From NCBI GenBank assembly GCA_964560135.1, contig CAZLKN010000004.1, positions 26,997 to 90,996 of the forward strand: a DNA stretch of 64,000 nt, given 5' to 3'. Under the pieces are notes generated by a model, which was given only the letters and a program-made list of their open reading frames with translations, did no database searches and was not told where the DNA came from. A program made the translations under genes and the position numbers. Below are positions 19,487 through 28,759 of this stretch, piece after piece (the first letter of the stretch is position 1; each line of letters begins with the position of its first letter). The DNA comes from an uncultured Actinomycetes bacterium. GTDB taxonomy: Bacteria; Actinomycetota; JAICYB01.

Positions 19487-20722
19487 TCAGCCGTGGAGGA
19501 CGACGCGGTAGTAGGACTCGGCAGACTGCCGGGCCACCAGGACGGCTCCCCGCACGTCCGCGTCCTGGTCGAGCGCGGACCGGACGATCGACAGGCCCTC
19601 GACCGCCTGGGGAAGCGCGAGTTCGAGGATCGTTTCCCGTAACGGCCCGAGGAACGGCTCCCCCGCCCCCGCGAGTCCTCCACCCACCACGACCATCCGG
19701 GGGTTGAAGAGGTTCACGAGCCAGGAGGCCGCCACGCCGAGCTCACGTCCCGCCTGCGAGAGGATGTGGAGCGCCAGCTCATCGCCGCCGGCGGCGGCCG
19801 CAGCCACGTCCTCGGCCTGGATCCGTCCGCTGTGGGCCAACTCCGTGAGGACCGAGCCGTCCTTCCCCGCCTCCCGGATGGCCGCCCGGGCGATGGCGGG
19901 ACCCGAGGCCACGGTCTCCAGACAGCCCACCTTGCCGCAGTTGCACTGCTCTTCGGATCCGGGGACCCGGCAGTGGCCGATCTCCCCGGCGAAGCCGTCC
20001 CCGCCCCGGTAGATGCGACCGTGGGACACGATGCCGGCCCCGATCCCGGTGCCCGCGTAGAGGAAGATCAGATCCTCGACCTCCTGGGCGGCTCCCTCCA
20101 GGTTCTCGGCGACGGCAGCGGCCTGGGACACGTTGTGCACGTAGATCGGGACCTTCAGGAGCTTCTCGAGCGGCACGCTGATCGGTACGTCCCGCCAGCC
20201 GAGGTTCGGCGCCAGCCGGCAGATACCCGCATCGATGTCGACGAGACCGGGCACACACACCCCGACGGCCGCGAGTCGCTTCATCTTGGCCCCCGTGGCC
20301 GCCATCGCCTCCGTCACCAGGCCGGCAACCTTCTTCAGAGCCTCCCCTGGACGTCCGCGCGGCGTCGGCTTCTGGAGCCGGCCGACCTCCTCGCCGACCG
20401 CGTCGGACACGACGATCGTGGTCCTCCGCACGCCGAGATGGACTCCGACGAGAAACTGCGACCGCGCATTGAACTCCAACAGGATCGGCGGCCGGCCGCC
20501 GCCCTGGTTGGGCCGGCCGACACCGATCTCCCGGGCGAGCCCCTCCCCGATGAGCTCGTCGACGATGGCCGACACCGTGGGCTTGGCCAGCGTCGTCACC
20601 TTGGCGATCGATGCGCGTGAGATCGGACTCTGCTGCCGGAGAAGATCCAGGATGAGGGAGCGGTTCAACTCCCGCATCACGCTGTGATCGGCACCTGATG
20701 TCTTCGGTCGCTCTCTGGGCAT
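19487..20722 (-). CDS. ROK family transcriptional repressor (NagC/XylR-like)
   Basis: N-terminal HTH (NRSLIL...ISRASIA...PTVSAIV, GGRPP), GTGIGAG, AGEIGH, CNCGKVGCLE. Confidence 0.95.
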   Translation of the reverse strand: MPRERPKTSGADHSVMRELNRSLILDLLRQQSPISRASIAKVTTLAKPTVSAIVDELIGEGLAREIGVGRPNQGGGRPPILLEFNARSQFLVGVHLGVRRTTIVVSDAVGEEVGRLQKPTPRGRPGEALKKVAGLVTEAMAATGAKMKRLAAVGVCVPGLVDIDAGICRLAPNLGWRDVPISVPLEKLLKVPIYVHNVSQAAAVAENLEGAAQEVEDLIFLYAGTGIGAGIVSHGRIYRGGDGFAGEIGHCRVPGSEEQCNCGKVGCLETVASGPAIARAAIREAGKDGSVLTELAHSGRIQAEDVAAAAAGGDELALHILSQAGRELGVAASWLVNLFNPRMVVVGGGLAGAGEPFLGPLRETILELALPQAVEGLSIVRSALDQDADVRGAVLVARQSAESYYRVVLHG

Positions 20723-20826
20723 GGTCACCGCGCGATGCGGTTGCTCCTCCCTGGATCCGGCCGGAAATGGACCGGTCCGATCCGGAACCACTTTCCTCCC
20801 CGGCGATCTTCGTTCATCATCTTAAC

Positions 20827-21195
20827 GTGCAGAAGACGACGTACGGACGAACCATCGCGTTTTTCGTCGGCTCGGGCCGCCGGGCTGCCGCCGGGGCCGC
20901 CGTCCTCGCTCTGGCCGCCTCGGCGTGCTTCTTCAACCAACCCCGTGTGTTCACCGACGATCTCGTGCCCGTGCCCGACATGTCGGGGATGGAGGTCCGC
21001 GAGGCCCGCCAGGAGCTCGAAGCACTCGGGTTCATCGTCCAGGTGGTGCCGGAGGGTGCGACGCCGCCCCCGCCGGTACTCGAGACCGATCCCCCCGTAT
21101 TCTGCCCGGACGGCGTCGTCGTCGCGCAGGACCCGCCTCCGGACGAGGACGTGCTGCAGGCCTCGACGGTCGTGCTCGCCGCGCGCGACTGCTAG
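20827..21195 (+). CDS. Small PASTA-domain lipoprotein
   Basis: Lipobox-like AASAC; VPDMSGM...ARQELEALGF...GVVVAQDP PASTA pattern; start uncertain. Confidence 0.75.
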   Translation: MQKTTYGRTIAFFVGSGRRAAAGAAVLALAASACFFNQPRVFTDDLVPVPDMSGMEVREARQELEALGFIVQVVPEGATPPPPVLETDPPVFCPDGVVVAQDPPPDEDVLQASTVVLAARDC

Positions 21196-21590
21196 CGGGT
21201 CACCAGGACGAAGACCACAGCGAACAGGATCGCCATCCCCATCCTGACGTAGGAGCCGATCCCCAGCGCTCTCGCTTCGCCCCAGTCGGACCCGTACCGC
21301 TGGTAGGCGATGGCGATCTTCCGCAGGTACTCCTTCAGCGCGACGATCCCACCCACGCCCAGCGCCAGCGACGCGAACGTCAGGAGCGTGAAGTTCCACC
21401 GCCCGAACAGGGCGGTCACGACCACGAAGGTCACGAGGAATCGTGCGACCTCCCGGAGGAGCCAGCCGGTCGAACGGATGTCACGCTCGACCCACGGGAG
21501 CCAGGTCGGCGGGATCCGGATCTCCCAGAGGTAGTAGCGCATCTCCAGCGGCCTCGGTGGCGCCTGCAGCGCGTGTTCTTCTGCCTTCAC
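21192..21590 (-). CDS. Small hypothetical membrane protein (about 3 TM)
   Basis: Hydrophobic segments; last co-oriented gene of the minus-strand operon. Confidence 0.65.
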   Translation of the reverse strand: MKAEEHALQAPPRPLEMRYYLWEIRIPPTWLPWVERDIRSTGWLLREVARFLVTFVVVTALFGRWNFTLLTFASLALGVGGIVALKEYLRKIAIAYQRYGSDWGEARALGIGSYVRMGMAILFAVVFVLVTR

Positions 21591-21619
21591 GTCCCCACGA
21601 TACCGCGAAGTGGGGGCTC

Positions 21620-23329
21620 CTATCTGAGGAAGAGCTCCCGCGGGACCACCATCCCGGTGGCCACGCTCGACACGCTGTCCACCGCGGAGCCCACGGTGGT
21701 GGAGTTCACGAGGTACAGACGGGCCCCGTAGGCGATCGGGATCAGCGGCATCTCACCGCAGACCATGTTCTCGAGCACCTGGTACATCTCGATCTGGTCC
21801 TCTTCGGCGATCGCCCTCCGTGCTTCCTTCTCGAGGATGCGATCGAAGTCCCGGTCGGAGAAGCGGGTGAAGTTGTTCTGTCCGATGCTGCCCGAGTCGA
21901 ACAGCGGGACGATGTAGCGGCTGGGAGCCGGGTACTGCGGTGCCCACGACATGCGGAATGGTCCCTCGAACCCGGGCTGCTGCAGGCCCGCGTCCAGATA
22001 GCTGTCCCATCCCAGCGGGACCGCTTCGACCTCCACCCCGAGGGCCTCGTTCCACTGCTGTGAGATCTCCTCGACCAGTTCCGCGTGGCCGAATTCGTCG
22101 TTGAAGGTCAGGCTGATGGTCTGGCCTTCGAGGTCCACACCCGCTCCCTGCAGACTCTGCCGTGCGGCTGCGACGTCCGCTGTGAGCGGTGTGTGTTCCG
22201 CGCAGGCGTTGTCGCGGTGAAAGGACCCCAACGCCGGCGGCAGGACGCCCTGCGCCGGTTGCCGGACACCACCGTAGACGGATTCGACGATACGGGTCCG
22301 GTCGAGAGCCTGGCTGAGCGCGATCCTGACCCCCCGCTGGTCGAAGGGCTCCTGGCTCACGGGGAGCCCGATGTACTCGAGGGTCGGAGTGGGGGCGGCC
22401 ACGAGGTCGTCCCCCAGCCGTCGCAGCTCCTCGAGCCGCTCCTGGGGGGCATGCGCGACGTCGATCTCTCCGGCCTCGAAGGCCGCCACCTGGGCGTCAC
22501 GGTCCTCGTAGAACCTGAACTCGATCTCATCCGGGTAACCCACGCCACCCTCGGTATGGGCCATGTTCGCCCCATAGTAGTCCTCGAAACGCTCCACGCG
22601 GATCGAGGCGTCGCCGGGCGTCCACGGCTCGGTCATCTGGTAAGGACCCGTACAGATCGGCTGGCGCGAGAATGCGTCGGGATCGTCCTCGATCTCCTGC
22701 TTGGGGACCGGGGCGGAGGCCGGGTGCGAGAGGACCCGGAAGAAGTCGGAGAGATCCTGCGTGAGCCGGATCTCGAAGCTGAACGGCTCGATCACCCGCA
22801 TCCCAGCGAACTGGCGACGCTGGCGCTCGTCGTCCACCTCGGCCGTGCCGTGCACCTGGTCGTAGCCGATCACCGGCTGGAAGATGGAGGCGACGGGGCT
22901 CGCGAAGTCGCGGTCGGCCACCCTCGAGAGCGCGAAGACGACGTCCTCGGCCACCACCTCGCGACCGTTGTGGAACCGGACACCCTTCTTGAGACGGATG
23001 TTGATGCGTTCGCCCCCGTCGCCGATCTGCCAGGAGTCGGCGATCCCCGGACGGACCTCCCCGGTCACCGGGTCGATGGTGACCAGCGTGTCGCAGATCG
23101 TCGACGTGAGGAGGCTCTGTGCGGGTTCGAGCGCGTCCGTGGCCGGAGGGTCGATCGTCAACGGCTCGTTGATCCCGATACGCAGCGTCCCGCCCGGGGC
23201 CGCCTCGGGACTCGCCTCGCGGAACTCGAGCACCTCGTCGCCTGCGCACGCCGCAGCGACGACCGAGAGCAGCCCGGCCGCAGCGATCGCGCGGCGGAAC
23301 CGGCCGTGGTTCTTCCGGCCCTCAGGCAC
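21620..23329 (-). CDS. ABC substrate-binding lipoprotein, family 5 (OppA/DppA-like)
   Basis: Lipobox VVAAAC, TIDP, PGIADSW, LKKGVRFHNG, TGPY, VRIALSQALDR; GTG 23329 overlaps the upstream stop. Confidence 0.92.
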   Translation of the reverse strand: MPEGRKNHGRFRRAIAAAGLLSVVAAACAGDEVLEFREASPEAAPGGTLRIGINEPLTIDPPATDALEPAQSLLTSTICDTLVTIDPVTGEVRPGIADSWQIGDGGERINIRLKKGVRFHNGREVVAEDVVFALSRVADRDFASPVASIFQPVIGYDQVHGTAEVDDERQRRQFAGMRVIEPFSFEIRLTQDLSDFFRVLSHPASAPVPKQEIEDDPDAFSRQPICTGPYQMTEPWTPGDASIRVERFEDYYGANMAHTEGGVGYPDEIEFRFYEDRDAQVAAFEAGEIDVAHAPQERLEELRRLGDDLVAAPTPTLEYIGLPVSQEPFDQRGVRIALSQALDRTRIVESVYGGVRQPAQGVLPPALGSFHRDNACAEHTPLTADVAAARQSLQGAGVDLEGQTISLTFNDEFGHAELVEEISQQWNEALGVEVEAVPLGWDSYLDAGLQQPGFEGPFRMSWAPQYPAPSRYIVPLFDSGSIGQNNFTRFSDRDFDRILEKEARRAIAEEDQIEMYQVLENMVCGEMPLIPIAYGARLYLVNSTTVGSAVDSVSSVATGMVVPRELFLR

Positions 23330-24407
23330 CGGGAAGCCCCGGCTCCGTGTTGATGATCGATTCACGCTGCGTCTCCACCTCCGCTCCGTCCACGACCCCC
23401 TCCGCCAGGCGCGTCTCCTTCACGGAAAGGCCCCCGAACTGCGTCGCGAACGCGTGGCTCTCCTCGAAGGAGATGTCGTTGGTGGGCGACACCAACCGGC
23501 CGTTGAAGATCTGGATGTTCCAGGCATCGATGAACACGCCGCAGGCGTCCACCCGGACCTTGTGGTTCTCCACCGTCGGCTCGTCGTCGCCGTCTTCCTC
23601 GCCGAGAGGATCGTCGGGGATGGGTCCCGTGTCCTCCTCTGTGGACTCTCCGATCATGGCGTCGAAGCTGAGCACCGTCTGACCGTTGCTCGCCGTCGAG
23701 GCCACGGACCACTCGGCCCCCGACTCGGCGGGGAAGGGCATCATCTTGACCGGCGGGTTCCAGTTGAACGCGGAGGTGTCGTCACCCTCGGTGACCTCGG
23801 TGCGGGTGAGGTAGATGCCCTGCAGGTCGGCGACATCGTGATTGGGGATCACCGAGTAGCTCGTGGTCGTGGTGCGGGAATCCATCTGCTCCACCACCTC
23901 GAAGCTGTACACGCCGTCGTCGTCCGGCGGCTCAACGTTCTGGACCGTCCGGGTGACCTCCTCCGGGAAGAGTTCGACATCGTCACCGCTCGACGTATGT
24001 CCGCTGGTCCGGAACGCGTAGCTCTCCTCTACCGGCGGCTGCGACGCGCGGTTCGAGGCCACCTCCCGAGGTGCACTGAGCGGATCGGCCGAGGGGCAGT
24101 CGTGGATCACCGGAGGCGGAGGGGGAGGCGGCGGCGGTTGCACGGGCTGCTGGACCCGCCGCACCACCCGGACCACGGGGTTGGGCTCGGTCACCAGCGC
24201 TCCGGGATCTTCGAAGTCCGACGACTGGATCCCGAGCAGCACATCACTCGGGAACTCTTTGACCCCCACGGCCACGGGGGTCCGGGGGCCGGCACATGCG
24301 CTCCCGAGCAGGAGCATCGTGAGTAGCAGCGTGAGCCCGACGGTCGGACGACGCCGCCTGGTATTCCTCGATCGATTCGACCGTCGATGCTCCCTGCTCT
24401 TCTTCAT
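23322..24407 (-). CDS. Uncharacterised lipoprotein with poly-Pro linker
   Basis: Basic N-region, lipobox LLGSAC, run of 8 Pro, acidic beta-rich C-domain. Confidence 0.75.
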   Translation of the reverse strand: MKKSREHRRSNRSRNTRRRRPTVGLTLLLTMLLLGSACAGPRTPVAVGVKEFPSDVLLGIQSSDFEDPGALVTEPNPVVRVVRRVQQPVQPPPPPPPPPVIHDCPSADPLSAPREVASNRASQPPVEESYAFRTSGHTSSGDDVELFPEEVTRTVQNVEPPDDDGVYSFEVVEQMDSRTTTTSYSVIPNHDVADLQGIYLTRTEVTEGDDTSAFNWNPPVKMMPFPAESGAEWSVASTASNGQTVLSFDAMIGESTEEDTGPIPDDPLGEEDGDDEPTVENHKVRVDACGVFIDAWNIQIFNGRLVSPTNDISFEESHAFATQFGGLSVKETRLAEGVVDGAEVETQRESIINTEPGLPGA

Positions 24408-24429
24408 CTCACCCTCCATTGTACGGCTG

Positions 24430-27408
24430 TTATTCGGGCGCGCCCCTTCGCGGATCGGTTGCCCCGGCGATGGGGCCACGCAGCTCCTCCCCCCGTTGGA
24501 ACGCCAGGAGTGAAGCGAAGATACGGTCGGCGTCCTCGAATCCCTGTCTCGCGATGAAGATCTCGTAGTACTCCATGCGCGGCGGGAACCAGAGGAAGAT
24601 CCGCTGCTCTGGGAGGCGTTGCACGTGGATGCGCTCGTTGCCGATCCGGGTCAGCTCGAAGGTACCCGTGCCGATGCTGCCCAGCACACCTTCGCGCAGC
24701 TCCTTCTGGGTGGCCTCCAGGCCGGGCTTGAACGCACCGACCTGAAGCGCCCCGAGGACCCCCTCGTCGTCGCGGACGGTGTACACCTGGCCGACGGCGA
24801 CGAGGCTCTCCTCACCGGCGAGCTCGAAGGCGCGCTCGGCCCCCGGCTCCCGCTGGAAGCGCAGTCCCTCGAACTCGCTGGGGGCGACCTCCTCGGGCAT
24901 CACCGGCTCGACGAGCTGCGCGGTTGGCTGACGGTCCTCGGCGCTGAGCCGTCCACAGGCCCCGCTGGTGAGCAGCAGGAGCACGATCATCCCGCCGACG
25001 GGGAGCGCGCGGCGGGCCCGGCGGAACCTCCCCAGCGGCGACAGCCGCCGGAGGCCACGGAGCCGCTCCCGCAGGGTCGTGCGCGGCCACAGGTTCGGGA
25101 TCTCCCGCGTATAGGGGTCCCGCAGCGAGACCCGCGACCCGAAGGCGATCACCCGGGTGATCGAGGGCTGTGCACGGCGCAGCCGGCGGGACACCGATCG
25201 GGCCATGTCCTCGGCGACCTCGGCGTCCTCGGGATGCAGGTCCCGCCTGAGGTCGCCCCAGAAGGCACGGGTGACCAGCCAGGCCAGCTCAGCATGCTCC
25301 AGATCCGGATCGACCGCCTGCAGGAACTCGAGTGGGGTCGCCGAGTTGTACCCGACGTTCAGATCCGATGCGGCGTCGCGGAAATCGCCGTAGGCGACCA
25401 TGATCCGCTCGAAGGCGCCCTGGTCCGCCGCCCAGCGACGGCGACGGAACCGGCGTGCCACCTTCACGACGCCCGGATACAGGGAGTACACGAACAACAG
25501 GCCGGCCAGGAACGGAAGCGTGACGGCCAGCCAGTAGCGGACGATGACGAACAGGAGCTGGATGCTCTGGAGGCGGATCGGGACGTAGATGACGAGGGCC
25601 AGGTCCTCGGTGGGCCTGATCTCGGGATCCTGCTCCTCGTCGTCCTGGGACAGGCTGGCCTGCGCCCGCGGAGGTGTCCCCACGATCGGCACCCAGCCGT
25701 AGCCGTGGAAGTAGGCCTCCAGCCACGTCGAGCCGTGGCGGGGACGCACCTCCCAGGTCTGAGCCTCGGGATCCTCCTTGTTGCCGGCGAAGAACCCGTA
25801 TCCGATCCGTGAGGGGATGCCCGCCCACCGGGCGAGCATGGCTTCGGCGGCGGTGATCTCGTAGGGCGTCGCGGGCTCTTCGTCCAGCATCTCCGCGACA
25901 CGCGCCGGCGGCACGTCGACCGGGTTCCCGGCCCCCTTGGCGATCACCTTCTCGTAGAAGGTGTTGCGGACGAACTGGAGTCGCTCGAACATGTTGTCTT
26001 CCGGCGCCTCGTTGAGGATCGCCACGACCTCGCTCGGCGGCGGCGGCATGCCCTCGAGGAACAGCTCCCGGATCTCCTGCGGAGGCGGCGGCGCCTCCGC
26101 CAGCTCCTCGCCCGATGGCGGCATCGGCGCCTCGACGGTGTAGGTCATGCCCCGCCTGGCGCGGGAGTCGGGCAACCGGAACATCTGCGTACGAGGATCG
26201 AAGGTGAGCTCGAAGTCGCTCTCGCGCTGCACCCGTTTGGCGTCGGCGATGATGGGGAGCACGTGCCCTTCGACGTCGAAGATCTCGAAGGTGGCCACGA
26301 ACGTGCCGTCGTCCTCGCGCTCGACCGGCTGCTCCGGTTCGCCGATCGACGGCGGGATCACGCCCGTCGGCTCGATGTCGATGAGGCGTGCGGTGGTGTA
26401 CGGCGGCAGGAGCCAGGCCACCTCCTCGTAGACGTCGAGTACCCCCAGCCGCCACGGGCCGGGGCGGTCCGCCTCGACGGTGAAAATGACCCGGTCCTCC
26501 TGGGGAGGCTGCACCTCCGGCCGCTTCGGTGGGATCTCCTGGTCGCGGTCGGTCTCCGGGAACAGGAACCCGGCCTGGCTGAGCGCGAACAGCACCACCA
26601 GCAGGAGGCCAACCATCCCGATGCCCTTGCCGAGACGGCGCATCTCGAACTGTCCGGAGGTGGCACCCTCGCGGGCCAGCTCGACCCCGTACGCCACGGC
26701 CATGGAGCCGACCAGCAGGGCCAGGGCCACACCCGTGGTGAGCATCGTGCCTTCCTGCGGCTGGATCAGCGCCGCAGCGAAAACCAGCGGCACCGGCATG
26801 AAGATGCCGAGCTTCGGACGGTCGAGGCTGGTGGCCAGCGATGCCGCGGCGGTGGCCAGGACGGCGGTGAGGACGACGAGGATGAACCTCCAGCCCGGAT
26901 CGAAGGGGATCGGCGGCTGGGCCACGCCTCCGGTCCGGATCGCCTCGGCGACGAGACCGGGAAGGTTGGCCGTTCCCCCCGTGGCATCCGGGATGATCAG
27001 GATCGCGCCCACCAGCAGGGCCGCCGGCAGCGCCAGGTACTGCACGATGCTGGGTCTGCGGGTGCGATAGGAGAAGGCGACCATGCCGGCCCCCAGCAGG
27101 GGGCCGATGAGGGCAACGGCCTTCGGGAAGAGGCCGCGGAACAGCCCCGCACACATCCAGGCGGCGGCGGTGGCGGAGAGGAACACCGCCAGCGAGGTGA
27201 GCAACGGGTCGGCGGGCTGATGCTCGGGTCCTTCCTGGGCTTCCCGGCGCTCGGCCTCCGTCAGCTCCTCGTCTTCGAGGATGCGTGGCTCCTCCTCCGT
27301 CTCCGTTGGAGTGACGGGGAGTTCGGTGGTGCGATCGGGGGCTTCGATACTCACCGAGATCGTGTCCTTGCCGTCATCGTCGTCATCTCTCCGTCCATCG
27401 AACTCCAC
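24430..27408 (-). CDS. Multi-TM transglutaminase-like (TgpA/DUF3488-type) protein, catalytic triad absent
   Basis: N-terminal TM bundle; AMLARWAGIPSRIGYGF and WLEAYFHGYGWVP match the TGase-like core; follows MoxR-DUF58. Confidence 0.85.
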   Translation of the reverse strand: MEFDGRRDDDDDGKDTISVSIEAPDRTTELPVTPTETEEEPRILEDEELTEAERREAQEGPEHQPADPLLTSLAVFLSATAAAWMCAGLFRGLFPKAVALIGPLLGAGMVAFSYRTRRPSIVQYLALPAALLVGAILIIPDATGGTANLPGLVAEAIRTGGVAQPPIPFDPGWRFILVVLTAVLATAAASLATSLDRPKLGIFMPVPLVFAAALIQPQEGTMLTTGVALALLVGSMAVAYGVELAREGATSGQFEMRRLGKGIGMVGLLLVVLFALSQAGFLFPETDRDQEIPPKRPEVQPPQEDRVIFTVEADRPGPWRLGVLDVYEEVAWLLPPYTTARLIDIEPTGVIPPSIGEPEQPVEREDDGTFVATFEIFDVEGHVLPIIADAKRVQRESDFELTFDPRTQMFRLPDSRARRGMTYTVEAPMPPSGEELAEAPPPPQEIRELFLEGMPPPPSEVVAILNEAPEDNMFERLQFVRNTFYEKVIAKGAGNPVDVPPARVAEMLDEEPATPYEITAAEAMLARWAGIPSRIGYGFFAGNKEDPEAQTWEVRPRHGSTWLEAYFHGYGWVPIVGTPPRAQASLSQDDEEQDPEIRPTEDLALVIYVPIRLQSIQLLFVIVRYWLAVTLPFLAGLLFVYSLYPGVVKVARRFRRRRWAADQGAFERIMVAYGDFRDAASDLNVGYNSATPLEFLQAVDPDLEHAELAWLVTRAFWGDLRRDLHPEDAEVAEDMARSVSRRLRRAQPSITRVIAFGSRVSLRDPYTREIPNLWPRTTLRERLRGLRRLSPLGRFRRARRALPVGGMIVLLLLTSGACGRLSAEDRQPTAQLVEPVMPEEVAPSEFEGLRFQREPGAERAFELAGEESLVAVGQVYTVRDDEGVLGALQVGAFKPGLEATQKELREGVLGSIGTGTFELTRIGNERIHVQRLPEQRIFLWFPPRMEYYEIFIARQGFEDADRIFASLLAFQRGEELRGPIAGATDPRRGAPE

Positions 27409-27435
27409 TGCTCACGGAATGGTTCCTTGGTGTGG

Positions 27436-28740
27436 TCAGAACTTGCGGATCGCACCGACGAGCACCTTCCGGAAGACACCCTCGAGCGCCTGGCTCGCGG
27501 AAACCTCGACGACGTTGCATCCCAGCACACCGGCGCGATGCAGGCTGGCCGGATCGGAATCGTCGTGGACCACCATCACCAGCAGGATCGAGACCCCCCG
27601 GTCGATGAGGAGCCTGAGGCGGGTCGCCGCCGCCTGATCGAGGTGCGGTGTGGCGACGACGATGTGGGTGTCCCGGCGGGGGTCGGTGAGGACACGGTTC
27701 AGCAGCTCCTCCAGCGACTTCTTGCCGCGTTCGACCCGTGCCAGTTCGTCGAGCAGGCGGATCCGGTTCCGCAAACCACGGAGCTGCTCGGCGATCTTCC
27801 GTTCGTTGGTGTCCACGGACACCGCGAAACCGTCCTTGATGTGCTTCGCCCCGAGCGATGCCACGACCCGCACGGCGGTCTCGAAGGTCTCGCTGGGCTC
27901 ACCCGGGGAATGCTCGGACCCGTCGGTATCGAGGATCATCCCCACCCGGTCGGTGATCCCCTGCTCGGACTCCCGCACCAGGAGGCGATCGTTGGCGGGG
28001 TCGTCCGGGTCGAGCGTCCGGGCCGTGGCCCGCCACACGATGCGACGGGGGTCGTCCCCGGGCACGTACTCGCGCATCCCGTAGAACTCGAAGCCTGCCG
28101 GCCAGGGCTTGGAGACGGGCGGACGGATCGGCGGATCCTCCCATTCCCGGCTGAGGACCCGGTCCTGCACGGGCTCGGTGCTCGGGTGCACGATGATCTG
28201 TTCCGGCTCGATCAGCCGCTGGGTCTGGCGGGTGAGCCCGAAGGGGTCGCTCCACGCCGCGATCAGCGGCCCCACGCTGTACACACCGCGGAGGCGCGGC
28301 GTGAAGCTGTAGAGGTGCGACACTTCCTGCCCCGAGGGCAGGATCGGGATCGGAACCCGCACGTCGTTGCCGAGATGGTTGTGCAGCTCCTCCTCCAGCA
28401 CGATGGTGCTGAGACGCCGCTTCGCGGTGAGGGTCAGCTCCACGTCAACGAGCTGCCCCTGCCGCACGCGGGTGGGGAGTTCCGAGCGGACGGCTGCCAC
28501 GGACAGCTTCCGCCGCCCCATCACCCAGGAGATCACGAGCACCACGATGAGGCCGTACACGAGGAGGAACATCGCCCGGCTCCCGAGCAGCCGCGCGAGG
28601 ATCCAGCCGGCGATGGCGAACACGATCACCAGCAGCCCGCTGGGGGTGAGGCCCAGCTTCCGCTCGATGAACGCGAGGATGCCGGATCCGAGGACGGCTG
28701 CCCCGGATCGCTTCTGTCCCTTGGCCCGTGGTGGGCTCAT
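27436..28740 (-). CDS. DUF58 domain membrane protein
   Basis: Two N-terminal TMs, RGVY...GP...SDPFGL, EFYGMREYVPGDDPRRIVWRATAR. Confidence 0.93.
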   Translation of the reverse strand: MSPPRAKGQKRSGAAVLGSGILAFIERKLGLTPSGLLVIVFAIAGWILARLLGSRAMFLLVYGLIVVLVISWVMGRRKLSVAAVRSELPTRVRQGQLVDVELTLTAKRRLSTIVLEEELHNHLGNDVRVPIPILPSGQEVSHLYSFTPRLRGVYSVGPLIAAWSDPFGLTRQTQRLIEPEQIIVHPSTEPVQDRVLSREWEDPPIRPPVSKPWPAGFEFYGMREYVPGDDPRRIVWRATARTLDPDDPANDRLLVRESEQGITDRVGMILDTDGSEHSPGEPSETFETAVRVVASLGAKHIKDGFAVSVDTNERKIAEQLRGLRNRIRLLDELARVERGKKSLEELLNRVLTDPRRDTHIVVATPHLDQAAATRLRLLIDRGVSILLVMVVHDDSDPASLHRAGVLGCNVVEVSASQALEGVFRKVLVGAIRKF

Positions 28741-28759
28741 GCTCTCCCTGCTCCCTGCA

